A stretch of DNA of 60,501 nucleotides from Candidatus Hodarchaeota archaeon (lineage in GTDB: Archaea; Asgardarchaeota; Heimdallarchaeia; Hodarchaeales; Hodarchaeaceae): positions 1 to 60,501 of the forward strand of contig JAEOTY010000022.1 of NCBI GenBank assembly GCA_016839625.1. Direction: 5' to 3'. How positions within the stretch are numbered: the stretch's first letter is position 1; every line of letters starts with the position of its first letter. Below, one piece after another: positions 28,194 through 37,200 of the stretch. The position numbers were made by a program, and so were the translations under genes. The notes under the pieces are model-generated. The model did not search any database, was not told where the DNA came from, and saw nothing but the letters and a program-made list of their open reading frames with translations.

Positions 28194-28222
28194 CAGTCTA
28201 ATATTGAGTAATTGGAATCTAA

Positions 28223-30484
28223 ATGTTATATAAACACTCTACTGTTGTTAAGAAAAAACGACGTGGACAATATTTCACACATCCTGCAATTGCGCGGGAA
28301 ATTGTCCAAGATATTTGCGAATCCATTGTTTTAGAGCGTTTTTGGAAACCATGGGAAGCTCTTAAGGAATCTGCAGATTATTCAAAGATTCAACACCTAC
28401 TTGATCGAGTTTTAGCTTTACAGTTTGTTGATCCAGCCATGGGAAACGGAGTTTTCTTGATTGAAGTCTTTCATTACTTTGAGAAATTCATACAGCAGTT
28501 ATGGGAAAGGACTTGTTCATCTTCATTTTTAGTTTTTCTTTGTGATTATTTTCAGCAAAGATTAGCTTTAGATTTTTCATTACTTGAAGAAACAGATGAG
28601 TTAACATTAGATATTTGGAAACTCCATATTATAAGATCGATGATATATGGAGTTGATCTTGACCCAAAAGTTGTCGAACAGGCTCGTAATAATATCATTA
28701 GTGAATTTTTTACTTCCCAAATTAAACCATTAGCAAGAATTTTTACTCATCTTAATTTAAAAATCGGAAATTCGTTATTTTCTCCTTTACGAATGGATAA
28801 TGAAAACAGAGCTCAGTTATATTCTCAATTTCATTCAGATATTAATGTTCTTCTTCTTCAAAGGAAGCAAATCCAAGAACGTTGCTGGAATGCTTTTAGC
28901 GATCTAGAATTAGATCGTTTATTTGAGGAAAATGAGACACAAAAAGATCGTCTTGCAAATCAGCTGATTACTCAAGTTGCTTCCATTCCTGGGTTCTCTT
29001 TTTTATTAAAAGTTGAAAATACTGAAGTTAATCCATTTTTATGGGAGCTTGAATTTCCAGAGGTTTTTTTCCCTGATAAACCTGGATTTGATGCCGTTAT
29101 TGGAAATCCTCCTTGGGATAAATGGAAACTTTATGATCGTGAATGGTTAGGATCTACTGCTATCGGAAAATCAGATCACGCTCAGCAAATCAGTGAAATT
29201 CTAAAGAATGACGCTGAATCTCATTCAGATTATTTAAAATTAAAAGAATTTTACAAGGTGACCACAAAATATTTCAACAAGTATTTTCAGTGGCAGCCAG
29301 GTGAAAAAAACCTATTCAAGCTTTTTTTCGAACGTTTTTACGATCTTTGTTGTTGTTCTAATGGTTTTGTGGGAGTCATACTTCCTGGAGGGTTTTTAGG
29401 TGAGTATTACAGTCAACCTTTACGGGAAATGCTATTAAAACAAATGCAGCTTCACTATATTATTGAAATCATCTCAAATCAAGAGATGTTTCCTGATGCT
29501 GAACCTGGTCTAAGTATTCTTATTATTCGGGCCCAAAAAAATAGTACAGGAAAATTATTCTCATTTATCAAAGGGATTACTTCAATAGAAGCTTTTACTA
29601 AACTATTCAAAGAAGATTTTAAGAAACAATCTGATAATCTCATTTTCTTTGCTCAAGAGGATATTCTTAATTACTCCCCTAGATGTATCATTCCAGCTGT
29701 ACGAAATCAATTGGAATTGAGAATATTTCAGAAAATGACCAAATATCCTTCTCTTTCTTCTGCGATATGGGGTTGTAACACTTCTCGTGGAGTCGACATG
29801 ACAAATGATCGTGATTTATTGGTTAAAAATCAAACACAATTTCCGCTTATAGAGGGACGCCATTTAGTTCGTCTTGGGTTTGATGATACGTCCCCTCGGT
29901 ATTGGATACGATCATTTGAAGAATATAAGAAAAAGATCCCATTCTGGAATCAAACAATTATTGTATGGAAAAATTTCTCGGGAAATCATCGTCGTCGTCG
30001 AATGCGGATAGCTATTCTTCCACCAGGAGCAGTTATTTCAAATAGTGTGATTTGTTTGTATAATTTTCCGTCCATACCTGACGTACACTATTATCTGGCT
30101 GGGATTATGTGTTCAATTCCCTTTGAATTTCGTATACGTCAACTTTGTTATGGAATAAATATCAATCAATATGTTATCGATAGTATAACAGTCCCCTTTT
30201 TTGATCCTACTCAAGATCATCATCGAAAACTAGTAGCTACTGTCAAGCAATTCCTTCCACGCGGAAAAGAATGGGCAAAACGGAAAATGGAGGCTATTTC
30301 CTCGATTTCAAAAGCAAGGTTAGAGGTAGATTACCAAAATACAATCACTAAAATCGATGCATTAGCTGCTTCGATCTATAACCTGACCAGATCTGAATTT
30401 GAAACTACTTTGAATGCTCATTCTCAATTAGAGGATCCATACCGTATTCAGGCACTTAACCATTTTGACTTAGATAAACCTTAA
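28223..30484 (+). CDS. Large gamma-class N6-adenine DNA methyltransferase-like protein
   Basis: RGQYFTHPAIAREIV (motif X), FVDPAMGNGVFLIEVF (motif I), AVIGNPPWDKW (motif IV, NPPW) and PLIEGRHLVRLGF. Length 753 aa. It lies 29 nt downstream of the previous methyltransferase. Confidence 0.8.
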   Translation: MLYKHSTVVKKKRRGQYFTHPAIAREIVQDICESIVLERFWKPWEALKESADYSKIQHLLDRVLALQFVDPAMGNGVFLIEVFHYFEKFIQQLWERTCSSSFLVFLCDYFQQRLALDFSLLEETDELTLDIWKLHIIRSMIYGVDLDPKVVEQARNNIISEFFTSQIKPLARIFTHLNLKIGNSLFSPLRMDNENRAQLYSQFHSDINVLLLQRKQIQERCWNAFSDLELDRLFEENETQKDRLANQLITQVASIPGFSFLLKVENTEVNPFLWELEFPEVFFPDKPGFDAVIGNPPWDKWKLYDREWLGSTAIGKSDHAQQISEILKNDAESHSDYLKLKEFYKVTTKYFNKYFQWQPGEKNLFKLFFERFYDLCCCSNGFVGVILPGGFLGEYYSQPLREMLLKQMQLHYIIEIISNQEMFPDAEPGLSILIIRAQKNSTGKLFSFIKGITSIEAFTKLFKEDFKKQSDNLIFFAQEDILNYSPRCIIPAVRNQLELRIFQKMTKYPSLSSAIWGCNTSRGVDMTNDRDLLVKNQTQFPLIEGRHLVRLGFDDTSPRYWIRSFEEYKKKIPFWNQTIIVWKNFSGNHRRRRMRIAILPPGAVISNSVICLYNFPSIPDVHYYLAGIMCSIPFEFRIRQLCYGININQYVIDSITVPFFDPTQDHHRKLVATVKQFLPRGKEWAKRKMEAISSISKARLEVDYQNTITKIDALAASIYNLTRSEFETTLNAHSQLEDPYRIQALNHFDLDKP

Positions 30485-33188
30485 TAATGTGTATTTCGTC
30501 TGGGGTCAGACCATATAGTCCGAATATAAGTTCATTCAACTGTACCTCTAGATCTTTCCTTTTACTAGCATTTTTATCTGTCAATTTAGATGCGACTTCC
30601 ACAATTGATTTGTATTCTGGTTTAGCAGGATCAGGAACTATAAGTGGAAAATTTTGGATTTGTTTGGGATAATATTCGAAAAGACCACCTAGATCCTTAA
30701 TAGAATTTAACGCATAATATGTGAGCACTTCTGAATTCAAGATGGCTACTAGAAAGAGAAGAAAATCTTTCCTTGAGAATTTCTGTTTGGGAATTATCCA
30801 AACCACATCTTTTGATGAAAGATTGCCTCTCCAATCTATTGCAAAGGTATTCAAACTAGCTTTATAGGGTGATACAATTTTTAAGGAACTCCACTCCATC
30901 GTTTTTCTTTCATCACCAGATCGCCACAAATAAAATTCCAAAACACGACTTCTATTTAATAAAAGGGCTTTGTTTTGTTCAAGGTAATTCATCACTTTAT
31001 TATTTTCTTTTATTTCATGTTCGCGATAACTAGGAGCAAAAAGAACCTCTCTTCCTGTTTCTTCTACAAAAAATCGCTTTATATCTTTTCCTTTAATCCA
31101 AGACCTAATGTGGTTTAGATCAATCTTCAATACCTGCGAAAAATAATATTGGTCTTTGGGTGCAAAAACTTGATCACAACCAGTTTCAATTCCCTTACTA
31201 ATGTTACTAACATCGTTTAACTTCATATTTGAAACTAATTTGATATGATTAAGGAGTTTTAGCGTCTGGGGGTCAAGTAATTTCCACTTTTCTGGTCTTA
31301 AATCAGATTGATAAATTCTTTTTGTTTCTCTAATAACTTTATCAATTCCCTTGTGGTATTTATGATAAGCAAAACTCTGATTGGAGGAAAAGGATCCTTT
31401 CTTCAAGAATAAAATAATATTCTTGATGTTGGCTTTTTTGAAAATAGAAAACATTGCTAAATCGTAGATTTGAATAATTCCAGATGATTGTAAAATAAAT
31501 TCCCTAATTTTCGTTGCATATACACTATGCAATAGATATTTCGGAAGAATAAATGATAATATTCCATTATCTGCACGTAAAGCTGAAATTGCTCGATAAA
31601 TAAAAAAATATGATAAATCATTATTTCCTGTGTAGATTATTGGATACTCTACATGCAACATTTTGCGTGTAGTCGTCGGTAAATCTGTTAATGCTATATA
31701 AGGAGGATTTCCAACGATTAAGTCGAATTCTTGGGTATTATCTCCAAAATTTATCCAATGAAATTTCTTTGGAATTGAATAGGCTTTGCATATTACCTTA
31801 GAAGAGGATATTGCATCCTCTTCAGAGTTAAGTGGATGTGTAAAAACAGCATAGAGGGTATAGGATGAAGAAGGTGACTGTGAAAGAGAAAAACGAATAT
31901 ATTTCCTAATTTTTTTGTCTAGTTTATGTTTTTCATTATTCCAGCGAGCCCTATCTCCTTCTAAAATGAAATATTTGATTGTGTTTTTCTTTAAGAACTC
32001 TTCGAGGACCATGCCAAGATACCTCAAATTTCGAAAAGATTTTGGAGGCATCGTTAATTCGTAAAGAACAAATTGATTGAGCATTTTGAGGTCATATTGA
32101 TCATTTAACAGATCTTTTCTCTGTTTCAACTTCATTTTTGGCAGATTATTATTCCCAAAATCTGATGGTAAGGTTTGAAATCCAAAAAGGCTATCTCCCT
32201 CTATAATATTGCATTTAAATGAACAATCAGCTTTTAAATCCCTGTCCTCTTGGCAATTTATCCACAGCCAGAATTTAAGAGAAGTAATTTTAATCGCTAA
32301 AGGATCTGTATCTAACCCAAATAGGTTATTTTTGACTATTTTAATTTTTAATTTCTGAGTAGATATTTTTGGTTTAAGTTGTTTCGAAATATTCAACATT
32401 TGTTTTGCAGCAGCAAATAAAAACACACCTGTCCCGGTTGCTGGATCTAGAATTTTTATTCTCTCAAATGTCCTTAGAAATAAAGATTTCAATTCTTCGT
32501 CTTGTTCTAATATGCCCTGTTGACAATCAGATAGTGAATTAAATTCATTAAAGCCATGAAAAGTTATCTTTATCCAATTAAGCAGGCTTTCTTCAGTTAT
32601 GTGAGCTGCTAGAGGATAGGGTGTATAAACAACACCCCAATTACATTTAGTAGAGGATTCATGTGTTTTTAATTGAGCTGTAATTTCATCGAAGATTTCT
32701 AATGAAATTATTCCCTTCTTTTTGAGTTTTGAATCATTGTAGCTTCGCTCCCACTGAAATTTTGTAGATAGTTGATCTGCTATTGCACCCCAATTCATTG
32801 TTTTTAATGGGCTGTTCCAAATCTTTTCTTTTTTGCTAAAATTTTCACTAACCAGTAATTTTACAATATTTTCCGGAATTGATAAATCCTTCATTGAAAG
32901 AATTATTTCTTCAGGATTACCATAACAGTTGTAGACTTCTGACCAATTATCAAACCTTTTATTATTGAATAATGGGATATTATTTGGATTGAAGAATAGA
33001 AGACAGATGAATTGTATTATAAGGTCATTACATCTTTGCGATTTTAGTCTTGTTTCCTTTAGATCAATATTAATCTTTAATAAACTTAATTGAGAGTAGA
33101 TTTCTAATAGAATGTTTGTAATTTCTTTAGGAATCTCAGATACTCGCGAAAATTTAGTCCATGAATAAGTGATGTCTATTTCCTCCAT
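30456..33188 (-). CDS. Large gamma-class N6-adenine DNA methyltransferase-like protein
   Basis: WGVVYTPYPLAAHI (motif X), ILDPATGTGVFLFAAAKQ (motif I), DLIVGNPPYIALTD (motif IV) and C-terminal AILNSEVLTYYA...LGGLFEYYPKQIQNFPLIVP (TaqI_C-like). Length 910 aa. Its 3' end overlaps the convergent gene by 29 nt. Confidence 0.8.
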   Translation of the reverse strand: MEEIDITYSWTKFSRVSEIPKEITNILLEIYSQLSLLKINIDLKETRLKSQRCNDLIIQFICLLFFNPNNIPLFNNKRFDNWSEVYNCYGNPEEIILSMKDLSIPENIVKLLVSENFSKKEKIWNSPLKTMNWGAIADQLSTKFQWERSYNDSKLKKKGIISLEIFDEITAQLKTHESSTKCNWGVVYTPYPLAAHITEESLLNWIKITFHGFNEFNSLSDCQQGILEQDEELKSLFLRTFERIKILDPATGTGVFLFAAAKQMLNISKQLKPKISTQKLKIKIVKNNLFGLDTDPLAIKITSLKFWLWINCQEDRDLKADCSFKCNIIEGDSLFGFQTLPSDFGNNNLPKMKLKQRKDLLNDQYDLKMLNQFVLYELTMPPKSFRNLRYLGMVLEEFLKKNTIKYFILEGDRARWNNEKHKLDKKIRKYIRFSLSQSPSSSYTLYAVFTHPLNSEEDAISSSKVICKAYSIPKKFHWINFGDNTQEFDLIVGNPPYIALTDLPTTTRKMLHVEYPIIYTGNNDLSYFFIYRAISALRADNGILSFILPKYLLHSVYATKIREFILQSSGIIQIYDLAMFSIFKKANIKNIILFLKKGSFSSNQSFAYHKYHKGIDKVIRETKRIYQSDLRPEKWKLLDPQTLKLLNHIKLVSNMKLNDVSNISKGIETGCDQVFAPKDQYYFSQVLKIDLNHIRSWIKGKDIKRFFVEETGREVLFAPSYREHEIKENNKVMNYLEQNKALLLNRSRVLEFYLWRSGDERKTMEWSSLKIVSPYKASLNTFAIDWRGNLSSKDVVWIIPKQKFSRKDFLLFLVAILNSEVLTYYALNSIKDLGGLFEYYPKQIQNFPLIVPDPAKPEYKSIVEVASKLTDKNASKRKDLEVQLNELIFGLYGLTPDEIHIIKVYLSQNG

Positions 33189-33317
33189 CTTTAAGTTCTA
33201 AAATGAAAGGAGACCTTTTCCAAATCAGTAAAAGGTTGTTGTTTCAATTTATTTTTTTTCTAAAGAATTTTCCCAGCAGATTCGAGTAGGACTAATCTAA
33301 ATGAAAGAGGGGGTCAT

Positions 33318-33596
33318 TCAATACATATATTCTTTTTTACTTCTATGTACTATCAATCTGTTAATTACTACCAACCATACAAAGCATAGGATTCCCATTC
33401 CGATGAATAAAACTGTGATCATAGTCTTAAACCAAGTCGCATCTTGAAAACCTAGTAAGTTTCCTTCTTCTTGTTCTATTAATTCGTCTGGGATAAAGGA
33501 AGGAATAAAGAAACCTGCTAATATTAAAATAAGTGCAGCAAACATGCCAAAAATTTCTGTCCTATATTTTTCAAATAATCTAACCAAGAACGACAT
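33318..33596 (-). CDS. Small two-TM membrane protein, hypothetical
   Basis: The 92-aa ORF has two clear hydrophobic helices (FGMFAALILILAGFFIPSFI and MITVLFIGMGILCFVWLVVI). Confidence 0.4.
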   Translation of the reverse strand: MSFLVRLFEKYRTEIFGMFAALILILAGFFIPSFIPDELIEQEEGNLLGFQDATWFKTMITVLFIGMGILCFVWLVVINRLIVHRSKKEYMY

Positions 33597-34178
33597 TTGA
33601 GAAAAGACCTCCTATATTTTAAAATCTCCTTCTCTTTTTAGTTATATGTATGTCGTTAATAAAAGTTGCGAATTGGAGAAAAAATTCTTCTATAGAGTTG
33701 TCTCTCTTTTGTCATAATTAAAGGGACTCAATTTTTTGAGGAAACCCCGTACCCAACGTTTTTATTCTTCTTCCATTTTTTGCCCTTTGGCGAGGATACC
33801 GACGTTAATAATTTATTTTTGTTATTCGTTGTGCTATTGATTCTTTGAAGGAAAAAAGAGAGAGCAAAAATCAGAGTATATAAAGGTACTTTATAAAGAT
33901 ATATCTTCTTTATAAAAGCCCATAGTCTAAACTAGAGTTTATAAAGGCCCCTTTTAAAAGCCTAAAGGTATCATGTACCTTTTTAAGTCGAGATGTGTCA
34001 ATTTGTAACACCCAATTCAGTTGAGGGACTTTTTCTGAATATAATTATCTCATATTTCAACGACTTCAAGAGGAAAACATGGTCAAGCAAACGCGAATAG
34101 TAAAATCGAAGATGAATCTTGCTCCGAAAAAACTCCTAGAAGATAGAATTGGGCTATACACATAATTTATTGGTTCCA

Positions 34179-34186
34179 TTTATATA
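34179..34186 (+). promoter_or_regulatory. Candidate TATA box for the polB gene (implies a leaderless or very short-leader mRNA)
   Basis: TTTATATA is centred about 26 nt upstream of the ATG at 34209. No Shine-Dalgarno-like purine run lies in between. Confidence 0.35.
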
Positions 34187-34208
34187 ATTTACAATCAGAG
34201 AAGATGCT

Positions 34209-37200
34209 ATGTCGAAATCAAGGCGGTCTGAACCTTCTTATGCAGGCTATCGCTCTTGGTTTCAATCATTTCTGTATAATCAGCGAGAAAACATCCCCAT
34301 TTTCATCCTAGATTTTGAGACCCATAGTTATTGGGAAGATACGTATGAAAACCAGGAATCGAAACTGGTAAATGGGATTCAGATTTATTTTTTAGATGAA
34401 AATCATCAGAAACATAAAGCTTTCTTGAGACATGAACCATATTATTATCTCCTATTGGACAGTAATCTCTCCTCTAGCGAGACCAATCGTATAATGGCTC
34501 GAATTAAAGAAATTGGAGAGAAACAAGTAAGTAAAGTAGAGAAAGGAAATTATTACGATGCAGCTAATCTCACTTTTCTTGTTAAAAAACCTTTTATCAA
34601 GGTTACAGTTGATCGTCCAGGATCGGTTCCGACTCTACGCGCAAAATCTGAAGAAATATCTGGAATTAAAGAATGGAGAGAAGCGGATGTCCTATTTCAC
34701 CATCGTTGTGCGATCGATCACAATATCAGGGTAGGCGCATGGTATCAAGCAGAGATCACTGGTGGTGTAATCCAAAATCTTTCCTTAATTCCCAATAAAG
34801 CTCCCCCTCATTTGAAAATTCTAGCTTTTGATATTGAAACAGTTTTTGAATTGACTCGTGATCCTAATCCCAATAAAGATGCAATTTCCATGATTTCGTT
34901 GTTTACTGGCGATAAGAACGTTCTTCTTGTCAATTCAAATGTTGTAAAATCGAATAATCTTCAAGATATTGAAATAATCTTAAGACAAAGTGATGAGAAT
35001 AACCTGATACCTTGGGTCGATTGGGAAAATTCCGACGGTAAAATAGATTCATCCACGATTCTCGAGCGATTTCCAGTAAAATTTGTTATAACAAAAACAG
35101 AAAAAGAACTATTGCAATTATTCTATCAATTTATTAGAGAATATCAACCTGATATTCTCACAGATTTTTTTGGAGGTCGTTTCGACATCCCTTTTCTCGC
35201 TGTTCGATCTGAGAAGCATAAAATTTCATTAGAAAAAGAGACTGGTTTTAAAATCCTATTCAAAAATAGTCAAAGAGCTTTGGTTAGAAAAGATTTATAC
35301 AAGTATTATTCTGCTGCTAATATTGATCATGTATCTGGAGCAGGAATTATCCATTTAGACGCATATTTGTTTAATGAAAAATATAGTTATCTTCCAAAGA
35401 AGGATTTAGGCCTCAAACCTAGTGTTGAAAAGAAGCTAAAAATCAAACCAATAGGAAGGGAAGCATTATTTAATATTAAAGAGGATCCAGTTGGAGCAGC
35501 AGCTTATGCTTGTTGCGATGGATACATTACTTGGAAATACGTCCGAGAATTAGTCGTAGATTTTTTTATTTCAATGGGTCAAATGTTTCCTGTTTCCGCG
35601 TCGGAATTGTTAACTCGACGTGCTGGAACACTCGATGATCTTCTAATTGATGCTGAAGATCATCAACATGGAATCATAGGACGGAGGAGAGTAGGACAAA
35701 ACGAAATCGATTCTTTTTCACCTAGCATTCATATTGAATCCTTAGCGTACACAGGGGGCCTTGTTGAAGCTCGAAGACCAGGGATATGGCGACGTGATCT
35801 CTATTATGATTATACGGTTAATAAAGAAGCTGTAAGAAGCCTCAAAAAAATCGTCCAAAAAGTAATTGCAAAAGAAAGCAAAATGCTGGCTAAGAAAGTT
35901 ATTAAAGAAGAATTTGATAAGCTTCTCTTAACCAGCATCGGAGGAGTGACAGTAGAGTATTCTGAAGATCCAGTCAAATTTCTCAAACAATTTGAAGTTG
36001 AACTCTTAAAAAATGGCACACCACCTCAAAAGCTCACGAAACAATTAGATTACGTACGAAACATTTTGGAAGAGATTTCTGCTTATCATCCAGTGAACGT
36101 TGATGAGGTTACTACTGATATTCTAGCCCAAATTGACCAATTGTCTTCCCTGAGTGGAAAAACTCAACTGCACGGTATACACGTTGACGTTACTTCAATG
36201 TATCCGTCCCAAATTCGGCAATATAAACTTCAACCATCAGGGATCGTTCCCTTAACCATGTGTCGTATGTGTGATCTGGCGGAGGCTGACAATAGTTGTT
36301 TTTTTGAGGGCGACTGGGTCATTAAACTTACTGCTCATCGTCCGTGCCGCTTCAAATCGGAAGAATCTCGGAGATGCCCTCACTCGGTCTGTACCGCGGA
36401 GATCGAGGCTAAATGTAAGAATTATGAACCAATTCAATCAAATATTTCCCGTTCGCTTGAACTCTTCACGTTTGATGGAAAGAAGACTGAAGCTTTTATT
36501 CTTAAGGGATCTGAATTTGAGAATGTCCCAATTAATCAGACATACTTTGGATCAAGTATACCAAATAATCCCTTTGTTACCCTTCAACAATGGCTCAAGA
36601 ACTCGGTAGACGCAACACAATTGACAGCTACTTTAGATCAGAATCATTTTGTGGTATTTGATGACGCTCCTAAAAATCTTAAACTCCCAGCTAATGTTTT
36701 TATGAGCCTTGACGTAAGAACCAAGAAAATTTCCATTCTTTTATCAGTGAGTTCGCGTGTGTGTCAAAAAGCATACGATTTTATTGTTCGAATCATGGAT
36801 GACTTTTTCAACACACGTGTTCGTCATAAAATTGAAACTAATCGTCTAACGCAAATTATTATACAGAAAAAAGCGAATAACCAACCAATTACCCCAGAGT
36901 TATTGCGTCAACAAAAATATCATGATAGTACCCAATTAGGGATGAAGGTTCCTTTAAATTCTATCTATGGTCTACTTGGTATGAAAGGAGGGGTTAGGAA
37001 TGCCAGTACTCCCTGTGCAGGAATAACAACAAAGTTATCAGCAGATTTGATATATTGGGCCGCTAATCAGCTGGAACTAATTGGATTAGTGACAGAACTC
37101 GACACTGATGGTGTTTGGCTCTGGGTTCCAAAGTTATTTCCCTTGGATTTTCCTGTTACGATTCATAACCACCTTAAAGAAAACAAATCAAAAACATTTA

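Noticed and set aside
25626-33188. PD-(D/E)xK or HNH nuclease motifs in the N-termini of the three methyltransferases, and a BREX PglX identity.
   Set aside because: I could not find a convincing PD...(D/E)xK or HNH pattern by eye. No PglZ, BrxC or other BREX partner genes are present. I leave this open as a question in the findings rather than calling them restriction enzymes.
33597-34208. The long AT-rich spacer next to polB as a replication origin.
   Set aside because: There are no repeated ORB or mini-ORB elements, no orc1/cdc6 gene adjacent, and no obvious duplex-unwinding element flanked by inverted boxes. Only TATA-like palindromes are present, and these are reported separately as a low-interest finding.
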